Source: Octopus vulgaris (Eukaryota). Taken from it: a stretch of 64,000 bases of DNA. The DNA is taken from assembly GCA_951406725.2 (NCBI GenBank), contig OX597822.1:99882001-99946000 (forward strand). The letters are read 5' to 3'. Under the pieces are notes generated by a model. It made no database searches. It had not been told where the DNA came from and saw nothing but the letters and a program-made list of their open reading frames with translations. The translations under genes were made by a program, and so were the position numbers. Shown piece by piece: positions 1 to 12,480 of this stretch (position 1 is the first letter of the stretch; each line of letters starts with the position of its first letter).

Positions 1-2331
1 TGTATTCAGATTTGGTGTTACATGGTACACTCTTAAAAACTGTTCTTGGGTTCTTTTGAAGGTATCGACAAAGCATTCTGCCTGTCCATTAGATCTGGGA
101 TGGTATGGTGCCATAGTTATATGTTCTACCACAAACATTTCACAATTTTTTTTTAATCTGCTAGACACAAATTGTGTTCCCTTGTCAGAGACTATCTTAT
201 CTAGGATGCCAAATCTTGCAAACAATTCATGCAAAAACAACTTTATCACAATTGAGGAGGTTGGTTTTTTACACTTACAAATTTCTGGCCATTTTGAGAA
301 ACTATCAACTACCACTAAGTAGTAAGAACCATGTAAAAGGACCAGCGAAATCGATGTGTAGCCTTGACCACAGAACATCTACTTTTGAACAATGTTTACT
401 TTTTATCGTGGGCAATTTTTCCATTTCATTTTGGCTTACATACAGGTGTTCTACTCTGTTTTACAGCAATTTTTTGTTCTAGCCCCTCAGCCACATTTGA
501 ACCTTTGACTGAACCAACTATATTTCCACACAAAATACTTATGGGCATATCCCACAATTTGAATAGTTCCATCCACTCTGTACCAAACAGATTAATTGAA
601 CTTTTTAACACACGTATCTTCACCTTTTCTGTTTGACCTTGAAATGTTACAACCATATGAATTCACCGAAAAATATTATCTTTTTCCTGTAACACCAAGT
701 GCTACCTATTTAGATTTAATTAATTTTGGCTTACCAACATATTTCCAAGTTTATTTTTATTTATAATGGTGATATTACTACCAGTGTCTAACTGCATTTT
801 AATACTTGTATTTCTGATTTTCACCTTCATGAATTTCCTCATCGTTATATTACCAATTTCTTCCGATGACATACTATTTATTCTTTTTCCTTTGTTCTGA
901 TGTTTTGTCATCTTCATTCAATTTTTATATGTCCTATATTTCCACAATGAAAACACTCTGCTTTCTTAAATGGACAATTTTTCCTCAGGTGTATACATCC
1001 CCATTCAAAACATGGGTTTATTTCCTGATTTTTGTAGCATTTTTTAGAAAACACTTTATCTTTATTCTGACTATTTCACACTTATTTTATTTACTTGGAA
1101 ACAATCTTTACAGTCAATTTCCTCTGTATCGTGTCTTAACTGTATCGTGTCTTAACTTTCACATTCTTCTAACACTTGCTGTAGGGTTACCTCCTGGTTT
1201 TGTTCCAGCTTTGCGAGAATTCTAGTTCTAACTTTTGCGTCTTTTTCAGCAGTTAGTCCCTATGTAAAAATCAGGCATCTGAACGTAGGTCGTGTTAATT
1301 CATCCAGCTTAACCCTTTTGTTACCAACCCGGCTGAAACCGGCTCTGGCTTTGTAGTACAAATGTCTTGTTTTCATAAGTTTTGAATTAAAACCTTCCAC
1401 CAAACCTTCGTCACAATTAAGGTTCCTAACACTAGCTAAATGATAACTAAATTATTTTACTAAATTCTTTCTTATATTTAAAATAATTGAGAGAAAAACA
1501 GTGAATCTCAAAATAAATACAGTAATGAAAGGGTTAATGACAACTAAGTTATTTTACTAAATTCTTTGTTATATCTAAAGTAATTGAAAGAAACACAGAA
1601 CATCTCAACAGAAATACAGTAATGAAAGGGTTAAACGTCTCACATTCCCTGTTAACTCTATCAGCATAAGTGATGTAGTCCTCATTGTTGCTTTTCACTC
1701 TGTTCAAACATTTCCATCATGCGCTGAACAATGAACTTTTTTCACTGAAAATTTCACACAATATCTCTATTGTGTCATTAAAGTTTATGTCCAAAGGTTT
1801 TCCTGAGAGTTCATAATTACTGTATGGTTCATGTCCTGTTGCTGCCAGTTCTCTCAAGATTAAGCGAGTTTCCATCTCATCATCCCAATCTTTACATTCT
1901 TTCTTGAAGACTTGCTCATATCTTCCGTATCATGCTTCGAAAGCAACTCCTTGAACTCTGTAATGGAGTTCATGTCATCGTCCGTCGAGAACACTTTTTC
2001 TGACTTTCCTGATGATTTCAGTAATTGCAGCATTTGTTGTTGTAATATTATTTGTTGTTATTGTTGTTGCCTCTGTTGTTGCTCTTACAGTTGTATCTGC
2101 TGCTGTTGTTCTTTCATTTGTTGTTGGTGGTGTTGTTGTTGTTGCTTCAGTTGTTCTTCTTGCAGTTGTAGTTGCTGCTGCTGTTTTTGCAGCTCGAGCA
2201 AACCGGCCGACAAATTTTCCAAAATTTTACGATATATTTTGTAAAATTCACACAACAAAATTTTGTGAGTTTATTAACTCCTCTTCATGTTTCTATTCAC
2301 TCCACATAAACTGGTTTATTCTTATCACCAC
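1..2331 (-). mobile_element. Degenerate Ty3/Gypsy LTR retrotransposon internal region (gag with poly-Q and CCHC knuckle, protease, integrase; RT/RNase H missing)
   Basis: Minus-strand translation gives integrase motifs (LHIDFAGP, VVVDSFSKWPE, LFARFG..DKIVSDKGTQF, PYHPRSNGQAE) at ~50-360, protease MQLDTGS at ~775-800, CFHCGNIGH at ~930-960, and a gag stretch (TFKLDELT..FRCLIF). Many stops and frameshifts. Confidence 0.85.
1313..1630 (+). mobile_element. piggyBac-type MITE inserted in the Gypsy gag, with a tandem-duplicated 3' end
   Basis: TTAA on both sides (1309-1312, 1631-1634). Termini CCCTTTTGTTAC / GTAATGAAAGGG. Removing it restores the gag reading ETFKLDEL. Confidence 0.8.
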
Positions 2332-2536
2332 TGTTATACCCTTATAATGTTGGATTATTATAACACCCACTTTGGTATACAGTATACTTAGTAAAACCAG
2401 TAAAGACATGGCTATTTCTGACCACCTACTATGCATTCTGGTACTTCATGTACTTCTCTTTACTTAGGTTATTCCATTACTAGGTTATTCCTTTCGTCAC
2501 ATGGGTGGAGTGTACCATCATTACTAAATCCCTACA
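2332..2536 (-). mobile_element. Probable 5' LTR of the Gypsy element, followed by a PBS-like GTGGTGA
   Basis: Minus strand reads TGTAGGG...TATAACA, immediately followed by GTGGTGATAAG upstream of gag. Confidence 0.55.
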
Positions 2537-2859
2537 ATACATTGACACAAAGGGAAATACACTCAGGCGTAAACTGCACAAGGTACTTGTGTTTAAATGC
2601 ACCAGTTTCCACCCTATGCAGATCCAAACACAAGCATACATTCACACACACAATCGTCGTCATTGTCATCGTCATTGCCGCCAACGTTGTCGTCATCATC
2701 ATCATCATCATCACATTAGCTCCCAATTTTCCATGCTTGCATGGAGCAGAGTTTTCAAAGGAGAGATGCTCTTCCCAAAGTCAACTTCCACATTGTTTCC
2801 AAGAAAAGCAATGTAACACATCAGTCTATTGAATAACAAACAGCCCGGACATGCTTTTG

Positions 2860-3045
2860 CAAAGAACTGCATATGAACAAAACCATTTGAGTGAACAGTG
2901 AGGTGTTTTTTTACGTCATTTTTTGTCTTTTTACAATCAGGGCACATGTCAAAACATGTCGTGGAACTGAGACAGGTTTTAGCAGTGAACTGTCATTGTC
3001 CGCATGAATGAAGTCTTGTTTACAATCAGTGCATATCCATGTGAA
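2860..3045 (-). pseudogene. Possible decayed C2H2 zinc-finger coding fragment
   Basis: WICTDCKQDF and, after a frameshift, CPDCKKTKNDVKKHLTVH. The C-to-H spacing is shorter than canonical. Confidence 0.3.
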
Positions 3046-3537
3046 AACAAGGAAAAATAAGAATTCACTCATGCACGCACATACATATACATGCAAACAT
3101 ATATATTGTGTATGTATGTATGTATGTATGTATGTATATATATTTGTGTGTGTATGTGTGTGTGTATGTATATATATATATTTATATATACACATAGACA
3201 AATACACACATACACATATGTATACACATATAAAAGCATATATATATATACACAGATCTATATACATACATGTACATACATGTATACATATATATGTATA
3301 TTGGCCTGCTCGCTTAGCCAGCGCGGTAGTGTCCTTTGAAGGCTAAAACAATATGAAGCGCATTGTGACTAGCGATGTGTAGCAACATCTGATAGTCTGG
3401 TTGATCAGGTGATATATGTATATACATATATACATGCATATAAATATATAAACACATAATCATATATACGTACATAGATCTATATACATACATCATCATC
3501 GTTTAACGTCCGTTTTCCGCGCTAGCACGGGTTGGAC

Positions 3538-3589
<52 letters not shown>

Positions 3590-4599
3590 CTATACACATA
3601 TACATAAATATACATTATACACACGCACACACAGAAGGCTGCATCAGTCCCCGGTCAAACCGGCCAGCCCATGCCAGCATGGAAAATGGATGTTAAACGA
3701 TGATGATGATGATGATATACATAGGTATGTGTGTGTATATGTGTATATATACATGTATACATGTATACATGTGTGTGTTCACTCATACATATGAGTGTGT
3801 ATGCATGGGTGGGTGTGTTTGTGTGTACCCTTGTCTTAACATGATGTGAGGATTGTAAACAAGTATCATTATCATAAAGGCAATGCTGTTTCTTTCCAGT
3901 CTTCTGTGGAAATTTATATCTGACCATCGCAAAATATTACCTTCTTTGGAAACAAATGAGGTATGGCAACAGGCAGGGCATCTGGGGTAAGTGGCCATAG
4001 AAAATGTGCATCAGTAAGTTCCCCCCCCCCCGACCCATGGAAGAATTAATATTAAATAATGTGGATGATATCGGATGAACGTCCTGCACTGTCCATGTAT
4101 CAATTCCCTCACAAGTTTTGGTTTGGCTGATACCATTGTAGATGGCACTTAACCAAGTTGCTGAACAGTGGAACCGAGCCAGAAATCAGGTGGTCATGAA
4201 CAAAACTTCTTGACTACAGAACCACATTTACCCCCCCCCCTATACACACACACACACATACATCTGCGTGTGTGTGTGTGTGTGTACTTTACTAATTTAC
4301 ACAAGACATGCTAAGACTTTTGTAATACTGTTGTATTACGATAGCATAGCCTTACATATCTTGTTCATACTGACTTGAAGACAATGTTCTACTGTATGGG
4401 CTATATATACATGCATGTATATCATCATCATCATCGTCGTTTAACGTCCGTTTTCCATGCTGGCATGGGTTGGACAGTTTGACTGAGGGCTGGCAAGCTA
4501 GAAGGCTGCACAGGGCTCCAATCTGATCTGGCAAGGTTTCTACAGCTGGATGTGTGTGTGTGTGTGTGTGTGTGTATTAACACATGCACACATAGATAG

Positions 4600-4635
<36 letters not shown>

Positions 4636-5480
4636 CAAACTAGCTCATCTGAAATACACAGGATTTGTAAAACCTGAAAAAAATTTATTAAGTACAAATA
4701 TCTTCTTTACTTCATAATTTACATTTACTACAATGTGTCGTCAAGTTCTTGATGACACTTTCATCAACATCTAGTAGACAAAAGAAGAGATAACCAGAAT
4801 TACCAAACCTTCCTTTATTAAAACATTTTACTGTAGTTCCTGTAACATGAGTTTTACCAAGAAAATAAAAGACAAATTTCACAAAGCACAATGTCATTTT
4901 TAAATAAAATTTTGTATTGTATCTTCAAATAGTATATACCTACATATCTACATATAAAAAAACAAAGTTATTTGTTTATAAAATATAGAAATACATATAT
5001 CATCATCATCATCATGCTGGTGGCATGTAAAAAGCACCCACTACACTCTTGGAGTGGTTGGCATTAGGAAGGGCATCCAGCTGTAGAAACTCTGCCAGAT
5101 CAAGATTGGAGCCTGGTGCAGCCATCTGGTTCGCCAGACCTCAGTCAAATCGTCCAACCCATGCTAGCATGGAAAGCGGACATTAAAAGACGATTGCTGT
5201 CGTCATCATCATTATTATTATAACATTCAGTTTCCTATGCTTGCATGGGTTGGATGGAGGCAGATTTCCTGCAGCTTGATGCCCGTCTTGGTGCCAACTG
5301 GCACTTCTTTCCAAGGAAGGTAGTATTTCCCCATTGTCAGCCAAGATCCTGGCTGACAATTGGAATTGAATGACACAGCTTGTATGACAGCAACAATCAT
5401 TTACAACTACCATGTGATGTCAAGACAAAGTGACACAAACACACACACATATATAACGTAGATATATATATATATATACA

Positions 5481-6361
5481 CAGGTTATAATGGGTAAATT
5501 TTTGTCATTTTATATTTTTAATTTCATGCATGCACATTGTTTCTGTTTGATTTTGTTGACTACACAGTAAAGTAGGGTAAGTTGGGCACCATCTGTGAGA
5601 AAAACAGCCCCATGATGCAATTCACCTTTGTCAGAAATTTGGAAAAGACATGCTGTGCTGCTTTGTATTTGAGCCAGAAGCTCCAATATGAACATTTCAG
5701 AGTTTTGGGGTGTCAGTCTGAAAACAGTGCAATCTGAGGATATGTACTGAGAGTGATAAAAATCAAACATCCATTCAACATCATGGTGTTTGGAGGGATC
5801 ACTAGTAACGACGATGTTATGCCTCCATCCAACTTCCCACACAGCTTCACACCCACCACAGAAACCTACATCAAGTGCCTGGAGGTGGAAGTGTTACTAA
5901 GGGTCAAGAGGGTGGCTGCTGGAAGACCCTATGTCTACCAACAGGACTCTGCACCATGCCACACAAGCAGGAGAACCCCAGTCATGGCTATCAGACAATT
6001 TCTGTGACAACATCATCCCTAACATCTGACCACCTAACTCCCCAGATTGCAACCCCCTTGATTATTATGTGTGGGGTGCGGTTGAGTAAGAGACCAACAA
6101 AACTCCTTGCAACACCAAAGATGAACTGAAAGCGAGGATTATGGCAGCATTTAAACAAAGAAACAGTCCAGAAGAATTGCAGGAGATTCTGAAGTTGTCT
6201 GGAGGCCATGATTGAAGCCAATGGGGATTGTATTGAATAAATTTACTCTTTAATATTTCAAGATATTTTTTGTGTAATTTTGGCAAATATATCTGTTAAA
6301 ACGAGATGTCAGTGTTATTTTCCTTTTTGCATAATTTAGACGATAGTTTATTTACGTCCTG
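5481..6361 (+). mobile_element. Internally deleted Tc1/mariner element of the maT (DD37D) group
   Basis: IMVFGGITS, YVYQQDSAPCHTSRRT, then PPNSPDCNPLDYYVWG after a frameshift, with about 37 residues between the last two Asp. Ends are CAGG.../...CCTG; the left end follows a TA/CA microsatellite. Confidence 0.8.
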
Positions 6362-6486
6362 TGGATATAAACATATATATATAGGGAGAATTCACAAAAC
6401 AAACAAAAGATGAAGACGGGTGGTGTATATATATATATATCAGTTGAATAAAGTTAGAACATGGTCTTAAAAACACATTTTTGAAC

Positions 6487-6790
6487 ATGGCTCAGACAAC
6501 ACACGTAATACTGTGGGCTCTACAAGCTTTTATCGTCCTGAGTTATTTGGTGGAGAATCAGCAAGCAGCAAAGATTCTGTTTATACCATCACTAGAGTAT
6601 AGTCACTGTGTAAGTATATGAATGCTTTGGGCCAAGAGCTAGTGCAACATGGACACGAACTTTCGAGATTGCCCGGGATTACACTTCAAAGTTATCAACT
6701 TCTACTGGCCTACTTATGTCTCTCATGGTGGACAGAGTGTGTTATCTGAGGAAGGAAGAGAAATTAAAAAACTGATGTACAAGATGATAT
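6487..6790 (+). pseudogene. Frameshifted N-terminal fragment of a UDP-glucuronosyltransferase (UGT, GT1 family)
   Basis: MAQTTHVILWALQAFIVLSYLVENQQA-AKILFIPSLEYSHC, then after a 2-nt shift KYMNALGQELVQHGHEL. This matches the UGT pattern signal peptide + KIL..P....SH.....L..EL..RGHEV. Confidence 0.7.
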
Positions 6791-7825
6791 ATGTATATAT
6801 ACATATACATATATATACACACACAACACATATATATGTGTAAGTGTGTGTACATACACACACACAATGGACTTCTTTCAGTCTCCATCTAACAAATTCA
6901 GGTTTTGGTCAACCTGGGGCTATTGTGGAAAACGCTTCTCCAAGGTGTCATGTAGTAGGACTGAACCCAGAACCATGTGGTTGAGAAGCAAATATCTTAC
7001 CACACAGCCATGCATGCACCTATGTATATATATATATATAGTCCATAGACGTGACCCAGAGATTCTCTATATAGACGACATTTAGTAGTGCTCAAAAGAT
7101 TCAGCCTCAGACTTTGATGCATTTACAAGGGGTTGATTCCACTAGGTAAAGAAAGGCTATAAGAGGGATCAAGTTGAGTGGGTATAGAGTCAATTATGTG
7201 GATAAATCAATTAGACACATTAAGCATATAAAATATATTAAATATAATAGTTTGGGTATGAAATACAAAATATATATATGTATGCATGCAAAATGAGAGA
7301 AGGCAAAAGGTGGAGACTTTAATTTGATGAATTTTTAAGTATAAATATATAGATATTTATATTAATAGGTCCAACTTACACAGAGTACAAAAGGACAGAG
7401 AAAACTGAAGGATTGGAAGAAAGGTGTTATAAGACCAACATCTGTTTCTGGAGGCTCAGCGATCCATAATAATGGTAGTAGTTTAGTTCATCACAAAATG
7501 CAGCCATATTGATGCATTTAACTTAGGATGAAATGAGTCTCCTTCATCAGAGTAGAAAAGATCTAACATTTCAGATTTTAATACAGAGAAGTTCAACAAT
7601 GGAATGATCAAATGTGGAGAGCTGACTGTATTAGAGGGGGGGGGAGAATAGGAAGGTCAGTGGGGTTATCCACTGACCTTCACTTTGACAACCAATACAG
7701 GCTTGTTTACGGTCCTTCAAGTTAAATGTTTGACGAAGCAAAAATAACAGAATAAGTAACAGACTCAGAAAAATAAGTACTGGGGTCACTTTGTTCCACT
7801 GAGCCCTTTAAGATGGTGTCCCAGC

Positions 7826-8292
7826 GAACTGGGAACTGGCAGAAACGTTAGCATGCCGGGTGAAATGCTTAGCGGTATTTTGTCTGCCGCTACATTCTGA
7901 GTTCAAATTCCACCAAGGTCGACTTTGCCTTTCATCCTTTCGGGGTCGATTAAATAAGTACCTATTTCTTTATTGCCCACAGGGGGCTAAACACAGAAGG
8001 GACAAACAAGGACAGACATAGGTATTAAGTCGATTAGATCGACCCCAGTGCGTAACTGGTACTTAATTTATCGACCCCGAAAGGATGAAAGGCAAAGTCG
8101 ACCTCGGCGGAATTTGAACTCACAACGTAACGCAGACGAAATACTGCTAAGCATTTCGCCCGGCGTGCTAACGTTTCTGCCAGCTCGCCGCCTTTAATTA
8201 AATAAGTACCACTTACTCACTGGGGTCGATATAATCAACTTAATCCGTTTGTTCTCTCTGTGTGTAGCCCCTTGTGAGCAATAAAGAAATAA
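7826..8292. mobile_element. tRNA-derived SINE (family B) with a second family-B copy nested in the opposite orientation
   Basis: Head GAGCTGGCAGAAACGTTAGC..GAGTTCAAATTCC and core GTCGACTTTGCCTTTCATCCTTTCGGGGTCGAT. The inner copy (7963-8196, minus) is flanked by a 14-bp TSD ATTAAATAAGTACC. Confidence 0.85.
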
Positions 8293-8934
8293 GGTGGTGT
8301 CGCAGCATAACACAGTCGAATGATTGAAACAAGCAAAAGATAAAAGGTAAAAAAAAAAAGTTTGATCATCTCATCTGGACTCATAGGTAACACAATTACT
8401 GTGCATGCATACATGCACATTAACTTACATTGAGACAAAAATACAAAGAGATACTGATACACATGTCTAAAAGGACAAATGCAAATGAAGCCAAGAAACA
8501 AGTAAAGTGATACGAGTACGTATTACTGCATATTAACAAAGAGCATGCCAAAATGTGTACCATTTCCCCCCAAAGCTAAAAATCTTTGCTACTGAAAACA
8601 GAATAAAATTCTATGCATGTTCCAGACTAGAACTATTTCCAGTGAATGAATGAATGAATTGAGAATTAGGAGAAACATGAAAATTGAATTTTTGTCTTTT
8701 TGTTTATTGTATGCAGGCATACATACATTTATACACACTTACAATCATCAGCATTGCCATCATCATTTAACATTCATTGTCCACGCTGGCATGGGTATAT
8801 ATACACATACATACGTATATACATACACACACATATATGTGTGTGTACACATACACACATATGTGTACACACACACACATATATGTGTACCCACACATAC
8901 ACACACATATATGTGTACCCACACACACATATGT

Positions 8935-8975
<41 letters not shown>

Positions 8976-9057
8976 CAATTGCAGCGTGGAAGATGTTTGT
9001 AAGCCATTTAAGAAACACACAAAAGCCGTTCGATTCACTTCAACATTTAAGTTTAAT

Positions 9058-9105
9058 TTGTCAAAATATTTTCGTTGCTAAAATCCGCGACCTGTTCACT
9101 GACAA
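9058..9105 (-). ncRNA. Minimal type I hammerhead motif, G3-C8 core variant
   Basis: TTGTCA-GTGAACA-G-GTCGC GGATTTTA GCAAC-GAAA-ATAT-TT-TGACAA. Stem II has one mismatch. Confidence 0.6.
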
Positions 9106-9142
9106 AAATCTGTGCTGCATCTCTGAGATGCAGCACGGATTT

Positions 9143-9190
9143 TTGTCAGTGAACAGGTCACGGATTTTAGCGACGAAAATATTTTGACAA
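9143..9190 (+). ncRNA. Minimal type I hammerhead motif, G3-C8 core variant
   Basis: TTGTCA-GTGAACA-G-GTCAC GGATTTTA GCGAC-GAAA-ATAT-TT-TGACAA. Stem I is 6 bp and the stem III region AAAATATTTT is palindromic. Confidence 0.6.
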
Positions 9191-9673
9191 GTGAATCGAA
9201 CGGCTTTTGTGTGTTTCTTAAATGGCTTACAAACACCTTCCTCGCTGCAATTGTTTTCGTTCCAGCACACGATCTCAGATCAAATCACTTGCTATGCAAG
9301 TACATCTCCGTAATATATATATATACACACTCCTGCATATGAATATATATATATATAACAATGATTATACACACACAAGCATCTACTTATAAGTGCTACA
9401 CACATACAAATACACACATTAATATGGATATATGTTTGTGTGCATGTGTGTATATATAATATACACATACATACATACATATATATATATATATTTATAT
9501 ATATATATATATATACATACATACATACACACATACAGACATGCATACTCATGTATACACACACAGTTTACATGTAGCTTGCACTGCAGGGTTCTCTGTT
9601 TACAAACTGTTGATTTTAGATCAACTGTATCACATCTCCCAGTGGTACCAAGTATCACTGATGCTACCAGTGA

Positions 9674-9726
<53 letters not shown>

Positions 9727-10280
9727 GTTTTAATATAAAACCATATCAAAATAGAAGCTGTTTATCTTGGGTGGATCATTTTTGCCATTAAAAGCATACA
9801 CACACTGTACCTCTTTTCATCATTATTATTATTACTAATCAATTAATAAAGAAATTAACCAATTAACTACTTGATTACTTCACTACTCATTTGATGAGTC
9901 AACCTATCCATCAATCAGTTGGTTTGACAGTCCTTTAATTACTATATAATACCACTCTATGTGAATACCTTTAAATTTTGGTAAGAAAATTGCAGAAATG
10001 AAGGAAAAAATAACACTTTAGAGCAGGGACAAAAAGTGTCATCTAGTTCAGTAAATACAGAACTGAATTTTAAATCACTGATATAGATAATCCATTAATA
10101 CAAATAATCCAGTCATGAAGAAAAGACAACCCTACAAACTGCATACTTAAAAGACAAAACGTGTACCCAAAAAGCCAAATTTATAATTATCAAGAATACA
10201 AAAACTATTTATTCCAGAATATTTAGGTAATGAAACAATTCTATTAGAAAATCCCCAAACCCTTTTTTTTTTTTTTTTTT

Positions 10281-10324
<44 letters not shown>

Positions 10325-10332
10325 TATCTCTC

Positions 10333-10741
10333 TCTTTTACTCTTTTACTTGTTTCAGTCATTTGACTGCGGCCATGCTGGAGCACCACCTTTAGTCGAAC
10401 AAATCGACCCCAGGACTTATTCTTTGAAAACCTAGTACTTATTCTATTGGTCTCTTTTGCCGAACCGCTAAGTTACAGGGACGTAAACACACCACCATCA
10501 GTTGTCAAGTGATGTTGGGGTGACAAACACAGACACACAAACATATACACACACACACATATTTATATACATATATATGACGGGCTTCTTTCAGTTTCCA
10601 TCTACCAAATCCACTCACAAGGCTTTAGTCAGCCCGAGGCTATAGTAGAAGACACTTGCCCAAGGTGCCCCGCAGTGGGACCGAACCCGGAACCATGTGG
10701 TTCGTAAGCAAGCTACTTACCACACAGCCACTCCTATGCCT
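10333..10741 (-). mobile_element. tRNA-derived SINE (family A, CORE-like, internal TA/CA microsatellite)
   Basis: Minus strand head GGAGTGGCTGTGTGGTAAG..GGTTCGGTCCC, then ACCTTGGGCAAGTGTCTT, tail ACAAGTAAAAGAG. About 20 full or partial copies in the window. Confidence 0.85.
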
Positions 10742-11339
10742 ACTTGTAAATGATTTTTTTATATTTACATAAAAGAAATTATTATTTTGTTCATGAGGTT
10801 ATCTTAATGGCCTGTTAATGTATACAGGGAGTTTCTTAGCCCTAAGCATCAGGAAGATATCGGCAAGAAGTGTAAACAGATTTAAAGGAAGAAAAACTAA
10901 TAATAATAATAATAATAATAATAATGATGATAATTCTTTCTTATTTTGGTACAAGGCCAGCAATTTTGAGGGGAGGAGGAGTTGATAGCATTGACTCCCA
11001 CCACCCGTACTTGGTTGATATTTATTTTATCAAAAGTATGAAAGGCAAATATGGCTTCATCAGAATTTAAACTCAGAATATATGAGTCAAAAAGGAAATA
11101 CAGTTAAACATTTTTAGTGACAATTCTGTGAGCCATGAGCTAGCAGAATTGTTAAATTCTGCCAGCTCATGGCTTAAACAATAATCTTCCTTAACATCTT
11201 GCTCCTAATAACCATCATCATCATCATCATCATCGTTTTACCATCTAGTCTACCATGCCTGCATGGGTTAGCTGAGAGTGTGTTGGAGCAGAGTAGTTTT
11301 TTTTTTTTTTATTTAATCACCTCTCCATATAATGAACTG

Positions 11340-12480
11340 CCACACACAAATTTCTAATTAAACACCAGTTAAAGACAGTGTCAAATTATCTATGAACTGT
11401 AGAACAATAATCACATTGTAATTTAAGAAATAGATAAAGTAAGTACTGCAGTCATTATGGATTTTGGATATTACAAAAATACTAAATTATCTTTACTGCA
11501 AGATGACACCTCTTACAAAAAAAAAAAGCAAATAATCAAGAACAATTAAGAAACTAATCTATTCTGAAAAGGTTTAACTGATAAGGAATGTGAGTAGTAA
11601 ATGATCATTGACTATATAACCAGTAACTTTTATAAAATCCCCAAAATCCAATCAAAATACCTATAAATAATCATTTTCACTGTGTATTAACATACCACAC
11701 CCTAATGATCTAAACTTAAAACCAACTGTTACTGGCCCGTCAGGTACAACTCACAGACTTGGTGATTTTCAGATATTCTGTTGATAATGTATTAAAAAAC
11801 ACACACCAAGTTTCTTAGGAGATGACATAGATTTGTTAAACCATCTCCTGTAAAAAGTAAAGAAAGACAGTCTCACTGTCTCATCTGCTGCAGTAAGTCT
11901 CTATAGAACAATGCCATATGAATGCAGATCAGAAGTAATATAATTCTGACTTGAGAAATTTACTAAGGAAATTCGTAAACGCATAGAAAAAAATTATTCA
12001 TTATTGAAGGAATATAACTCATTTTGCTAAAAAGTATTTCAACTTAAATGACAACATTTATTGACAAATGTCTCAGACCACTATGGGAACAAAAGTTGCT
12101 CCATCTTATGCTAATCTAGTCATGGCATACTTTGAGATTCAAATATACAAACAATCTGGAATGAGGCTCAACATCAACTTCCATAAATATTTATTTAACA
12201 AATGGAGATCATATTTGGATGGTTGTATATTCTGAGGATACACAGCTTCAAGGAATTTGAAAACTCTTTTGTCATATAAATGAAAATTTTCATTTCGCAA
12301 CTGAATTCAGTTAAAAATGACTATTCTTTCTGGATATTTTTTAATAATAAAAAGAGAAATATGAATATAAAAAACTGAGTAATATATATAAACCTATATT
12401 AGAATATCAGATAAACCTAGACACATAGCACATATGCAAAAGTGTTGTAAGTCCAAAACGTTGCTTCTACAGAAAATGAA
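11340..12480 (+). mobile_element. Decayed Penelope-like element reverse transcriptase
   Basis: NFYKIPKI (~11625), TMGTKVAPSYANLVMAYFE (~12080-12137) and WRSYLDG (~12203), in PLE RT motif order. Heavily disrupted. Confidence 0.75.

Larger units (their letters stand above)
8975..9310. mobile_element. Palindromic pair of Penelope-like terminal-repeat fragments
   Basis: Arms 8975-9123 and 9125-9254 are reverse complements centred on T9124. The same repeat occurs singly at 23592-23792. Confidence 0.75.
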
